Origin: Acidobacteriota bacterium
GTDB lineage: Bacteria > Acidobacteriota > UBA6911 > RPQK01 > JAJDTT01
Assembly: GCA_965263035.1 (NCBI GenBank)
Contig: OZ253580.1
Span: 4,576,001 to 4,640,000 of the forward strand
Direction of reading: 5' to 3'
DNA length: 64,000 nucleotides
This document shows positions 41,541-53,200 of the stretch, one piece after another (position 1 is the first letter of the stretch; each line of letters begins with the position of its first letter). A program made the position numbers and the translations under genes. Below the pieces are notes generated by a model that did not search any database, was not told the DNA's origin, and saw only the letters and a program-made list of their open reading frames with translations.

Positions 41541-41764
41541 CGCTACAGGTCTTTTCCATAAAACCTTGAATTGCGACATCTTAGCAATTTGCGAGTCCGG
41601 GATCTTGAATCCACCGGCTGCCAACACGATGCCAGAACGTCGCCAGACACGCCGAATCCCGGCGAGCGGAATTCACCTCGACGCCTTCTTTGTGTCGTCG
41701 AAGTCTTGGGCTTCCGACATGGCTGATCCGACATGATGCGGAAGCGCGGGAAGACTTGAAAACC

Positions 41765-41922
41765 ATGCCCCTGACACGGAACTTCAGCGAATCGATCCTG
41801 GCGCGCATCGAGCGTGATCCTGTGTTCCGCGAGGAGTTGCTCAAGGCAGCGGTCGAGTGCCTCCGTTCTGGCGACGTGGATACCGGGAGGGCGGTATTGA
41901 GCAAGTATGTTGAAGCCACTGC
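41765..41922 (+). pseudogene. Addiction-module antidote/transcriptional regulator truncated by an IS fragment
   Basis: MPLTRNFSESILARIERDPVFREELLKAAVECLRSGDVDTGRAVLSKYVEAT, then IS1380 sequence. Confidence 0.7.
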
Positions 41923-42425
41923 TGGAGGCCGGGGTTCGACCCCACAACGAAGTCTTGTTCCTGCTGAATCTGCTGGGGTACGGGATCCTGCACCTGGGTC
42001 GGGTGCTGATGGAGCAGGCGACGCGTCGGGGCTGGAGTCTGCGTCGTTTTCGCGAGCGGGTGTTGCGAGTGGCGTCTCGGGCGCTACGCCAGGGGAGGCG
42101 ATTGATTTTCGTCATCAGTCAAGGGGCGACGGACTGGAAGCGGTTGTGGAAGAGCCTGGCGCGGGTGTCCTGGGCGCCGGGATAGGGGACGGAGGAGGAA
42201 TCGGGCCCGTGGAAGGGACCGAAACGGTGGGAATTTCTCACCGGAAAGTCAACCTGTCGGCGGGTGACGGTCCCCCTGGCCGGAAAACGGTTTATGACAG
42301 GTTCAACAGTCCTGTTTTTGAGCCGATTCAGTCGAATCGACAGAGGTTCAAGAGAAACCGGGCTCCGACCGCACGAAAATGCCGGGTTGGAATCCCTTAT
42401 CAACATGTCCCATGAATAATCTGGG
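41923..42425 (+). mobile_element. 3' fragment of IS1380 (type B) including the right inverted repeat
   Basis: Near-identical to 55991-56493; ends TGAATAATCTGGG. Confidence 0.9.
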
Positions 42426-42599
42426 ATAATGTAGCCGAACTCTCACCTCTTGTAAAATGGTGTTCTACCTTCTCTGCCACGTCTGACTTCGTTCCTCTTC
42501 TGCCTCGCCGCGTCACCCTGCCGACTAAAACTAAGCGGTAAGCCCGACGGAGGAGGGGACAGTCACCTTCTCTATCTCTTCTCCAAGGCCACCGTGCCC

Positions 42600-43188
42600 T
42601 GATCGCTCCGGCTCGCCACCCGCAGGCTCGGGTCCCGGCGCAGGCGGTCGGCATCGGACTGGTCCCCTCAGCCCAGCCCCGGCAGCAGGAGTCGAGTCCG
42701 CAACACATCTGGAAGCGTATAGCGCACCCCGTCAGGGTTTCGCGGATCGTGTAGACGCTCGGTCAACCAGTCGATGAGGCCACTTCGATCCAGCATCTCC
42801 CATTGCACCAATGTTCCCGCCTCGGCACTGAGTAGCTCGGACCGCATCTCGATTCTGAGGGACCGGTTGAATGAGGGCCGGATCTGGGGTAAGGTTTCAA
42901 GCATGGCGTGCTCCATTGTTTGTGTTTGTTTATGTGACACTGGAATTATAACATAAATGACGGAGACGCTGCTTCTTTTTCCTTCTCTTGAAGGACGAGA
43001 AAACCGATGGAAATGCTCGGCTTAATGACCCCCTTAACCCAATGATCAGGCGGAAGTCGAAGACAAAGATAGCGTTTTACCAGCGGGGGGACTTGGCCTT
43101 TTTCGGTGGTTGTCTGGTAACATTCTGATTCGACTCGACATGACGGGCATGTTTGCCCATTTTTTAATTACGTGATGAATAATCTGGG
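42600..43188 (-). mobile_element. 5' fragment of an IS1380 (type B-like) including the left inverted repeat
   Basis: CCCAGATTATTCATCACG reading from 43188 on the minus strand; MLETLPQIRPSFNRSLRIE... from 42904 is homologous to 54781. Confidence 0.85.
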
Positions 43189-43450
43189 GATCTTCAGCTC
43201 CCGTTAGGTTTCCACAGCCAGTACAGGACATTGTTATCCGCGCCCGTACTCCGTGAGTCCCGATTCCTCGTGGTTCCGATGAACGTGCGGTTGAGCAGAG
43301 TGCCAGAATGGGCGGACTCACACGAAGTGTTTCGGAAAGGAAGTCCCGCAACGGCTCTGCGATTGCTAAGTGCAGGAATCCTGCGAAGACGTTTGTCTTG
43401 CCTGGCAGAGGAGGTTCCTTTGAGACATTGCAATAGACGACAGTTGAAAT

Positions 43451-45004
43451 ATGGGCAATGAGCAAGGTTTCTCTATCGTCGCACTCGACAACTTCATACG
43501 CGCGACACGCGACTCGGGCTACAAGGGTACGGCGAGCGCCGTGGCCGAACTAATAGACAACTCGCTGCAAGCGAGAGCTACCGAGATTTCGGTCAACGTG
43601 AAGGTAGACGTAGAACAGCGCGAATACCCGCTCGTGCTAACCGTACTCGATAACGGTACGGGGATGGGCGCGACGACACTCCGCACAGCATTACGTTTCG
43701 GCGGAAGCACACGGTTCGATGATCGCCTTGGCTTAGGCCGCTACGGAATGGGGTTGCCCAATAGTTCACTTAGCCAAGCCAAACGGGTCAACGTTCATTC
43801 CTGGGGATCGAGCCGTGGAGATGTATTACATTCGTATCTGGACGTCGACGAGATCGCCTCTGGCGCAATGACCGAGGTTCCAGAACCTCAAAGGGTACTG
43901 CGGCCGTCCTTTTTGAACGGACACGTCACCGGAACTGCTGTCACCTGGACTCGTTGTGACCGCTTGGACAACAGGCGGGTATCGACACTCACGAGGAAGC
44001 TTTTGTTCTCGCTTGGTCGCCAGTTTCGCTTTTTCCTGTGGGATGGCGTCTCGATCCAAGTTAATGGCGATGCAGTCGAACCGATCGACCCGCTGTTTCT
44101 GCATCCTCATTCGTGCTTCAGCGGAGCGGCTCAGTTCGGCAAGGATCTAGTGTACAGGATCGCGGCGGATCGCAATGACAGGCGCCGGACTGGCACCGTC
44201 CGGATCCGCTTTTCGGAACTTCCTGTCGGCGAGTGGTCAAAGCTGAGCAATAAGGAAAAGCGTGTCAGGCGTATTACAAAGGGTGCAGGTGTCTCGGTGG
44301 TTCGTGGCGGCCGAGAGGTGGACTATGGCTGGTTCTTTCTTCGTAGGAAGCGCCGGGAGAACTACGACGACTGGTGGCGTTGCGAGATACAGTTCGACCC
44401 GGTACTTGACGAGGCGTTCGGAATCACCCATACAAAGCAACAGATCCGACCCAGGCCACATCTGCGAGAGGCTTTGACTTCTGATATCGAGTCGGTGGCA
44501 CGAGTCCTAAACACGCGCGCTCGCAAGGCTCATCAGACCGTGAAAGTCGCCGAACGCTTCAGCGCGTCAGAGGAACGAGCCGCCCGAAAAGATGCCATGC
44601 TGACGCCTCTGCCTCGACATCGCCGTCCTCGGGACGAGCAGGTGCTCGCTGCCTTGGGGCTCACGATAGATCCACCACTGACAGAAGCCGGCTCGAACAA
44701 ACCGTCCACCGAATACAGAATTCTGTCTTCAGCACTCAGCGAGACGTCGTTCTTCAACTACGCGCGCGATGACGGACGGCTCGTGCTCATCGTCAATCCC
44801 GAACACCCTTTTTTCAAGGTTGTATACGGCAAGCTTCTCGATTCCGATTCTCCTCACGACATCGCGCTTCGATCACAGATTGATTTGCTGCTCCTCGCGG
44901 CAGCGCGTAATGAGGCCCTGCTGGACGACCAGCGGTCAATCGACGTAGCGGAATCTATGCGTAAAGGGTGGAGTGACACCTTGGCGACGTACCTGAGCGG
45001 GTGA
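43451..45004 (+). CDS. MORC-family GHKL ATPase (HATPase_c_3)
   Basis: RDSGY...AELIDNSLQA, LDNGTGM, GLGRYGMGL; S5-like region with FDPVLDEAFGITHTKQ; C-terminal VNPEHPF. Confidence 0.88.
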   Translation: MGNEQGFSIVALDNFIRATRDSGYKGTASAVAELIDNSLQARATEISVNVKVDVEQREYPLVLTVLDNGTGMGATTLRTALRFGGSTRFDDRLGLGRYGMGLPNSSLSQAKRVNVHSWGSSRGDVLHSYLDVDEIASGAMTEVPEPQRVLRPSFLNGHVTGTAVTWTRCDRLDNRRVSTLTRKLLFSLGRQFRFFLWDGVSIQVNGDAVEPIDPLFLHPHSCFSGAAQFGKDLVYRIAADRNDRRRTGTVRIRFSELPVGEWSKLSNKEKRVRRITKGAGVSVVRGGREVDYGWFFLRRKRRENYDDWWRCEIQFDPVLDEAFGITHTKQQIRPRPHLREALTSDIESVARVLNTRARKAHQTVKVAERFSASEERAARKDAMLTPLPRHRRPRDEQVLAALGLTIDPPLTEAGSNKPSTEYRILSSALSETSFFNYARDDGRLVLIVNPEHPFFKVVYGKLLDSDSPHDIALRSQIDLLLLAAARNEALLDDQRSIDVAESMRKGWSDTLATYLSG

Positions 45005-45007
45005 GTT

Positions 45008-47041
45008 GTGGATCTCTCGACACATAACGATTGGTTACCTCTGTCTCCATTGCTTGGCAAGTCTAATTCTGCCCATGCCATCTTCCGGGAATATGCTAGG
45101 CGACTATCAGATGCCATTGAGGATGACACCGGCATTAAGTCCCAGCGTTCGCTGGGCGAATCCGTTGCCATGGCACCTAGCGGGCAGATTCACCAGGCCC
45201 TTCGTGCGGCGCTCGGTGTGTTGATGGACCTTGCCCGGCAACGCTGGTCAATCCGCGTCACTGGCGAAGGCTTTGTCGAGGTCAAGCGTCCCGAGGGGGA
45301 GAGGATCGATTCCCTCCGGGAAAAGGCCAGAATTCGGCAGCAAGAACTTGTCAAACGTGACGAACAGCTCCGGGAACCGGCGACTCGGAGGTTCGTCCGC
45401 AGGATGGAGAGTAGTGTTATCTACGAAAACCAGCCGGTCTCGGTGTTTTCGTTGTTTCGAGATGGTCCCGAACTCGCCCACTCGTTGAGAAGTGCCCGCA
45501 CGCTGCCACCACACCGACGAGATGAAGGTCTTCGTGCGGCGCTGGATCCATACCTCCAGTTCGTCGACGACTCCGCTGCATGTGAACATACGGGCCTCCG
45601 CCTTCAGGACATCTGGCGGTATTTCCGTCATACTTGGTCCAACCAGTACACAAGCACCCCGGGACGCCGGATGGCATTTCTGGTCCGCGATCGTGCTCGC
45701 ACGTTTCACCCCGTCATGGGAATCGGTGCCATCGGCAGCCCGATCGTACAGATCCGGGAGCGCGACGTATGGATCGGTTGGGATGCTGGGACCTTTCTAG
45801 AATCTGTCGCGGAGGCGCCTTCTACCGAACTTGTGCCATGGCTTAGAAGAATCGTGGATCGTGCGATCAACGAACTCTTCATTGAAGACTTTCTGGAAGA
45901 GCAACTCCTCGACCGACGGGATCTCAAGGAGCCGTCGTTGGAGATAATCGCCCGCTTGAAGACCCATGGCACGAGGCAGCGGGCGCTGCATCACCGGTTC
46001 GTAAGCTCGCAGGAACATAAGTCTTGGCCGGAGGGTAACGAGAGAGCATGGAGGCAGCGAGCCCTGACACATCTTTACCGTAGCAAGCGCGCACTGTCCC
46101 TCTCCCAGCTACTACGTGCTCGCCGGACGTTGCGCGAATTCTTCGGAAAGCGACCTATTAGCACGTCCGTCCGTGCGTTCATTAGAAACCGCGAAGGACG
46201 TCGGACTGTGAGATCCATCCTGCGGAAGGCCAAAGCAGACCGCGTCGGCATCGCCATTGCCGACATTACCGTGTGCGGCGCTATAGAACCGTACAGCCAG
46301 ATTCTCGTCGGCAAGCTCGTTTCGATGCTGGCCGCGAGTCCAGAGGTGATACTCGCCTACCGTAACAAGTACTTGGAGCAAGAAAGCGAGATCGCATCGT
46401 CGATGGCCGGACGTCCTGTTATCCGGCCTTCGCATCTAGTTTTTTTGGGAACGACCTCGCTCTACGGTGTGGGCTCGAGCCAGTACAACAGGCTTAAGAT
46501 GCCAGCCGAACTCTTGGGTGGGCTTCCGGGCGAGCACCTCGAGTACCAGCACCTCGGCAAGTCGAAATCCTACGGCACGTCGCACTTCAGCACCCACACA
46601 GTCGATGCACTCGTCACGTTGGTTGAGCAGACCAGTAATGGCCAGCGCGTGAACAGCATCTTCGGCGAAGGGGTGAGCCCAAAGCTGCGAAAGGTTCGCG
46701 ACGGATTGGGCGTACTCGGACTTCGAGCCAGCGAACTACTTCAGCACGGCAGACAGAGGATCGTCTACGGAGTACGTCTCGTGCGGAACGTTCGGGAGTT
46801 TCTCCTGGGCTTAAATGAGGAACCCAACTACTTGTTTGACTTGACGGACCCCAAAAAAGGGACTGCTGTCATCATGGACTGGTGGACGAGACGGTGGCTA
46901 TCGAAACGTGTCATGAACGACGAAATTCTGGCACGCCTTGATGAGCATTCCCTCGTCCGACCCATTCGCCACGGCGCTCGCGTTCCCCTTCCACGAACCA
47001 GCCCCGAGCAGGGATCGTTCTTCGAGGATATTGAAGGCTAA
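45008..47041 (+). CDS. DUF4338 / Druantia DruA-like protein (long form)
   Basis: WRYFRHTWS...PGRRMAFLVRD, DITVCGAIEPYSQILVGKLVSML, TTSLYGVGSSQYNRL, GKSKSYGTSHF, VNSIFGEGVSPKLR. Confidence 0.8.
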   Translation: MDLSTHNDWLPLSPLLGKSNSAHAIFREYARRLSDAIEDDTGIKSQRSLGESVAMAPSGQIHQALRAALGVLMDLARQRWSIRVTGEGFVEVKRPEGERIDSLREKARIRQQELVKRDEQLREPATRRFVRRMESSVIYENQPVSVFSLFRDGPELAHSLRSARTLPPHRRDEGLRAALDPYLQFVDDSAACEHTGLRLQDIWRYFRHTWSNQYTSTPGRRMAFLVRDRARTFHPVMGIGAIGSPIVQIRERDVWIGWDAGTFLESVAEAPSTELVPWLRRIVDRAINELFIEDFLEEQLLDRRDLKEPSLEIIARLKTHGTRQRALHHRFVSSQEHKSWPEGNERAWRQRALTHLYRSKRALSLSQLLRARRTLREFFGKRPISTSVRAFIRNREGRRTVRSILRKAKADRVGIAIADITVCGAIEPYSQILVGKLVSMLAASPEVILAYRNKYLEQESEIASSMAGRPVIRPSHLVFLGTTSLYGVGSSQYNRLKMPAELLGGLPGEHLEYQHLGKSKSYGTSHFSTHTVDALVTLVEQTSNGQRVNSIFGEGVSPKLRKVRDGLGVLGLRASELLQHGRQRIVYGVRLVRNVREFLLGLNEEPNYLFDLTDPKKGTAVIMDWWTRRWLSKRVMNDEILARLDEHSLVRPIRHGARVPLPRTSPEQGSFFEDIEG

Positions 47042-47188
47042 AGGGTTGCTGGTTGTGAACCGAGTCCGTCCATTATGAAAACGTCCTGTAACGGATTTCG
47101 TGGTCACAATAACAGTGAGCCAGACGTCAACCCAGCCGACTAATTGGCAGATTACCGCAACTCCTGCATCTCTCTTTAGCCAGGATCG

Positions 47189-50100
47189 ATGACCATGTCT
47201 TACTCGGTCAGCATACGGGAGGCCGAAAGGAGCCTTGCGAGCCACTTTGCCAAGCTGCGCGACAGTCGCACCGGCCCGATCTTCTTTATCGAGCACGGTC
47301 TTTCCGAGCCAGACTCGCGAAAACTCCGTGACTTTGTCAGCCAGGCGGCGAGGTACCGGCTAATTCAGAGCGGATGGTGGCGTGAGTATCCTCTTCCCCT
47401 TCTCGTGACTGCAACCGAAGTGGGGTACAGATACCGCGGAACAGGTACGGATTTCTGGCCGAAGCTCGAATCGAAACTCAAGATAGACATCGGTGCAGCG
47501 GCACGCCAACAGGTGCGGGAACTCTTCGTAAGCTGCTCGGAATGGTATAGGGGTGCGAAACCGGCGGATACGCCGTGGACAACCAACTTCTGTCTCATCG
47601 CCTGGCCAATTACGCACGCTCTTGTTCCTGTGGAGTTTCATCGTCAGCTTGCGGCGGCTCTCGCGAACCTGCGTTTAAGCGCCTATTCACTTGACAATGA
47701 AGACCTCCACGCTGCGGTTCGGATCGCCGCAGGACAGCCGTCGGCACGCTTTCATACGTTCCTGGAGGACGCCAGCCTAGCCGTCCCAGTCATTCGCGCT
47801 TTGTTAGGCGAAGGGAATGGCGAGATCTCTCCGGGCTCAATCGATCGGATCGCAAAGGATCTGGAGTCGGACTCGGATGCACATCAGAACATCAAGATCG
47901 CGAAACAAGTCCAGCGCCGTCTTCAATCCCGCAAATCACGAGCGAACAAAACTATCGAACTGGTCGAGCCGGAGGCTGTCAAGGGAGTCCTTCAATTGCG
48001 AGTCCGTGAAGGAGACCGGATTGGGGTTGAGGCCCTGTTCCCGCGACGCGAGGGGCCTGAAACCGATCGGCTCCGACGAACACTTCGCAGACGCCGTTTC
48101 GCGCCTAAGCTCTGGGGGCTGACCTCCCAGGTGCCTAGCGAGAGGCTGTTTTCCGGCGTGCCCTTTCCAATAAACTTGCGGTCGTTACCGGACATTGGTG
48201 CACCCTTATTCCCCGGACTGCGCGAACTCGGGATTGAGAACGACCTTGTAATCACTCTAAATTCGTTTCAACTCAACTTCGAGTTGCCCCTACTATTCGC
48301 TGCAAATGGCGAGAGAAACCTAGCCCGCATGGTGCGTGGTTTCGATATTTCGGCGTATCGTGAATACTGGTTATTGGGAAAGCAGGGCACGCTTGAGTCA
48401 TTCACTGGAATTGTGCAGTTCAAGATAAACGAACCGTTCGTCTGCTACAGAGTGAAACCGCTCCAATCGGGTGTCCAAGAGGTGCTTAGGGGATTAGGAT
48501 ACACAGTCCGCCACGGCGTCTCGGTCTCGATCGCGGGTGCCCCTACAATTGACGAGCACGACGGTTTATCCCGCTTCAACGTAGGAGACGAGCGGATTGT
48601 GGTGCCCAGGCGGCGGCACTCGGCCGAGACGTTTGTCGAGTTTGGCGGCAAAACGGTCGAGTTGAACGATGACTTGGTCCGGGTACGCACAGGAGAAGGG
48701 AGACAACACTCTTTCGATCTACAGCCGGGGAACGTTATGGCAGGACCAGTTCGAAGGTGTACCGGCCGCCGCCACAACCGCCAAACATCCGGTTTGTTGG
48801 TTTGAGCTATCTGCAGATGAAATGACAGTGCAGGCACTTCTTGCAGGCAACATTTCTTTCGGTGTCCACGGACCAGCGCCGCTTGAGGGCCTAACAATAA
48901 CGCTGGAACTGGAGGCCGGCGGTCGGCGATCGGGTGTCTCCACCTCACTCGATCCGCTTCCCCATATGTTCCTCGCAGAGGACGAAATTTGGCTCAGCCT
49001 CCTCAACCCAGCAACTCGCGCACGCCTGCTGGAGGATCCGAGTCCGGTTCTGCACGCCCGTGTGGATTCTCTCGCTGCGGAATCGTGGACCCTTGAACAA
49101 CGCATTCGGCCATGTTGGTGGCGGGGCAGTCCATCCTCCCTCGTCCTTGAGAGCGAGCTTGGACCGCTGGACTATGGAGCAATCCCTATTTCAACCCCGG
49201 CTTCGCAACCGGTTCCAGCGGAACACGGTGCGGGATCCGACGCGGTTCTGCTTGCACCGTTAAGACCCGATAAATCGGTCCTCGGACCGGCCGCAAGCTT
49301 CGTTACATTTTGCGTTGCGCCCGAAAGAACCACTCTATCGTTGCCGCGAATAGAGAGCCCGAGGCTATGCCGATCCCGTCGGGGCAGGTCCGGATCTATG
49401 GGGGTAGAAGACCTCGTTGAAGCGTGGTTTCGGTGGTCTCTCGCGGAGGCCGATTCTCTAACTGCTCAAATCCGGAAGGCACAAGCAAGTTCCACACTAG
49501 ACCGTTGGCTCGCGGAACTCTCCTGCGGCGAAGTATGGGCGCGGCGTGAAACTTACATTAATGCTGGATTTCGCGATCCTTGGAAGCTGTTCGCCGACGA
49601 GTGCCGAAAGAGCCGACTTGGACTTGACGATTTCGTCGAACTTGGCGAACGTGACGAAGTCCAGGTCGTTCGATACGCTGAGGCCGAGATTCGGCGCACC
49701 CAACCGCAACTCTGGGTACGAGTTGGCCCGCTCCCACATCTAGATAATGACACGCGCAGATCCTTGCTAGACGACGACGAATACGCAGTCCTTGATGCAG
49801 CGTTTGAAGGAGGCTACCAGAAACTCGCCTCGAGATACCGAAGGGCAGGCAACGTCCGGTTGGCAAGGAAAATCGAACAAGCTGACCCAGGGGCTGGGCC
49901 GGATCAATGGGATCCGGTTCTCGATGCTGTTCGGTCGAAATGGGAACTCCACGAGCTGGCTGAGTTGCTGTACCCGACTGACACCGCACAGTGGCTGACG
50001 ACTCTTGACCTGACGCTGATGGCGCTCAACGATATCGCTGATGAATTACATCGCTGGGCTACCGCATCTCGTAACGCTCTCGCTGCCGATGTCCCGTCCC

Positions 50101-50270
50101 ACCAGGCTCTCATGGCAGTCCTCGCCATCTGGATCGCTCCAAGCACAGCGGTTAGTTTGGACTGGCGTGGTGCGCTCGACACTTTGGTTGCCGATAGATC
50201 GCTTTCCCGCGCAGTTCGATACCTTGCTTTAAGGGCCCGCAGCGCTCGCATTGAATTTGAATCGAAATGA
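47189..50270 (+). pseudogene. ~1026-aa hypothetical protein (possibly Druantia DruF-like) with one frameshift
   Basis: ORFs 47189-48805 and 48669-50270 join if one G is removed from GGG 48698-48700 (RTGEG|DNTLSIY). N-terminal FFIEHGL...ATEVGY...FW...IAWPITHA resembles my recollection of type II Druantia accessory proteins. Confidence 0.65.
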
Positions 50271-53200
50271 GAAACGCTTACACTGAACTCTGTCTGTCAG
50301 TGCAGGCATTGAGGCGGCAATTCGAAGGATTGCGTACGCCGCTCGCACCCGCGACCGGCGTTGCTGCATTTGTATACACCCACCAAGTAGCGAATGTCTT
50401 TCGCGTGCTGACCGACGTTCGGGTGCGGCACCTCCTGGCCGATGAAGTCGGTCTGGGCAAGACTGTCCAGGCCCTAATGATCCTCAATGCTCTCCGATAC
50501 CAAAGGAAGGATCTTCAGGCTCTCATTATCGTTCCGGATGCGCTCGTGCCCCAATGGCGCGACGAAATCACGATTCGGGCCCACTCCGTTCCAATCGGCG
50601 ATGAAACAGGTGGTGAGGGCCAGCAATACATCCGGTTGGCCTGGGAAGCCCAGTTGAAGAGGTCGGCTACTGGGCGGACTCGCGGCTGGACGCTTGCCGA
50701 CATCGATCCCGACAAATACGATATCCTTGTGGTCGACGAATTCCACCGCCTTCGCACGGACCTTCAGGAGCGCATCGCCCGGGTGGCGGATGGATTCGAA
50801 CATCTGCTGCTACTAACCGCGACTCCTTCATTTCAGGATGTCAAGCGGCATGCCCAACTGTTCACCCTTTTAGAGCCGGAACGCAGTTTTTTGGCCAAAA
50901 GGCGCGATGGGACAGACGGTGGCGTGGTCGAAGGCATTCTCAATCGGGACAGGCGCGAAGCATTGTCATGCACTCCTAAGGACCTAACTGCAGCCGCGCT
51001 GGCTCACTGTGCCTATCGACGCATCATCCGCACCAGACGAGCCGATTACGAGGGGGTACTACCCAAAAGAAAGCATACCCCTCGCAGAACGCGACCGTTA
51101 GGTGCTGAAGAAGAACGTCAGTCGCTGATGTGGAAGTACTTCAGGCGCCTCGACGACGTGCGCCTTGCAGTCGACCCAGTGAGATTGGCCAAACGTGTCG
51201 TCCTAAGTCCACCATCTCTTGAGCAGCGAGTCGACTTCCTACGTCGCAGGGGCCACGAACGAGAGGGCCTACTTGAGCGTGCGAAGCCTCTCGTTCACCG
51301 CACACAGGGCGACTCGCGGGCAGACGCGCTTGTAGATCTACTTGCCGAAATCTGGACCAAAGATGCATCCGAGCATGTCCTCGTGGCCGCGCAGGACAAC
51401 TTGACCGTCGACTATCTGTTTGACATCGTCCGGGCCCGGTTGCCACTCATAGGCCGGATTGGAAGCCGAGTGCCGCTAGTCGCGGCCCGAGTCAGGCAAG
51501 GAATGATGACCGAGGCCGTCGAGGATCTTGCCGGTTTCAAGAACGAAACAAATGAGAACCTCGAAGCGTTCCAGAGAGGGGATGCCCAAGTGCTGTTTGC
51601 TCCAGAAGCAGCACAGGTGGGACTGAACCTCCAGTGCGCACGGATACTGGTGCTCTACAGCGTACCCTGGCGGCCAGAAGAGGTGGACCAGTGGATCGGC
51701 CGGCTGGACAGGATTGGCAATGCCGTTGCCTTTGCGCCGGAAGAAGAGACCAAAACCATCGACATCTACACCATTGCACAAAAGGGGTTGGTCGATGATA
51801 AAGTCGTGACCGTTCTGCAACGGTTCCATGCGTTTGAGCGTAGCGTGAACCTGGATGGGACTCACCTGAAGAAAGTGTCTCAGACGATCGAAACTGCCGC
51901 GCTGAGACCTGAACAAGCGAACTGGAACGCAATTGAGAACGCGACCGAAACGATGGCTTACGAGGACGAGATTAAAGAATTGGATTCGGATCTCTGTCCG
52001 CACCTTCCCTGGAATGTTAAGTGGGCGACGGAAGTACGGAGAAGCCTAGCGAACCTTGAACCAGCTCCGCTGGCACTTGAGTCGTTCCGACGATTTACTG
52101 CCGGGCCGGGTTCGTGGGACCGTGCTTTTGAAGGTATGTTGAAACTCCTCGCTCGATCAAAGGAGTACGCCATATGGCTGAATGAAGACCCGTACGGGGG
52201 GAAGTTCCGATCACTTTGGTACCGGTTCGGACCTCATGGAATATACGGAGTCAGGGAAGTACTCTCCAAGGTTTTGTTCTCTTTCGGACAAGATCCTGGC
52301 AGCGGCCGAAGCCCCAGGCACGCTCACGCATACATCACCCGGCGTGGGGACATCTCATCGCCTCCTAGACGTCACGTGACATTGACCTTCGACGAGCAAG
52401 AGTTTCGTCGCCCTCTCCACTTCGTGAGCTTCGGGAACGCCCTTCACGACGAAATTGTCACCGGCTGGCAGCCGAACTCGGCCGAGACATACTCGGCAGA
52501 CATCTACCTTTCGGGAGACCATCCTTTCTTTGGATACGGAGAGACCGGGATCTACATAGTTCGGCTGTCGGTTCTCGACCCGGCGTCATGTCTACAAGCT
52601 GCGACTGTCGTCGAACGGGCGTTAGGAGCCATTTTCGAGGCATCTGTCCGAGTTTCGTCAAACCATTCGACTACTTTAATGCGTCTCTTCCAACGCGCAG
52701 TGCGATGCGGAATTGAGGCGGATATCCGATGGGTACGGGGAACTCTGACCGCGGAACTGTGCATCCAAGGGCTAAAGGCGACGCAGGGTAGTTGGAAAGT
52801 CGCTACTATTGATGAAGTAACCGCGCTTTTTAATCCGCTCATCCATTCGAGCACTGGAGTGCCGTTGGTTGCCGAATGGACGCCGTCGGAACGGTTAAGA
52901 GATCGTATCAGCGGAATGCTGGAACAGCTACGCCACTTGGACCAAAATACGGCCCAGAATACCTGGGGTTCTCGATTGGCGAATTTAAAATCAGCTCTGG
53001 ACATAAGACGCGAGGTGATCCGCAACGAAGCCCAAGACGCCGTCGAGTTGGCTGAATTCAAATTGGCCAAAACCCGAATCGACCTAGGCACGGCTCTCGC
53101 GCGGGGCATTCAAGGACAGATAACTCGCGCGCGAAACTTGCGTGATATAGCGGCGGACACTGTAGACATGACGAGAGTTCTTTGGGAACAGCGAATTGCT

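Noticed and set aside
41690-42415. 241-aa ORF
   Set aside because: Truncated antidote gene reading through into an IS1380 fragment.
41923-43188. One complete IS or composite transposon
   Set aside because: The 3' fragment is on plus and the 5' fragment on minus, the ends do not enclose a unit, and no shared target duplication is seen.
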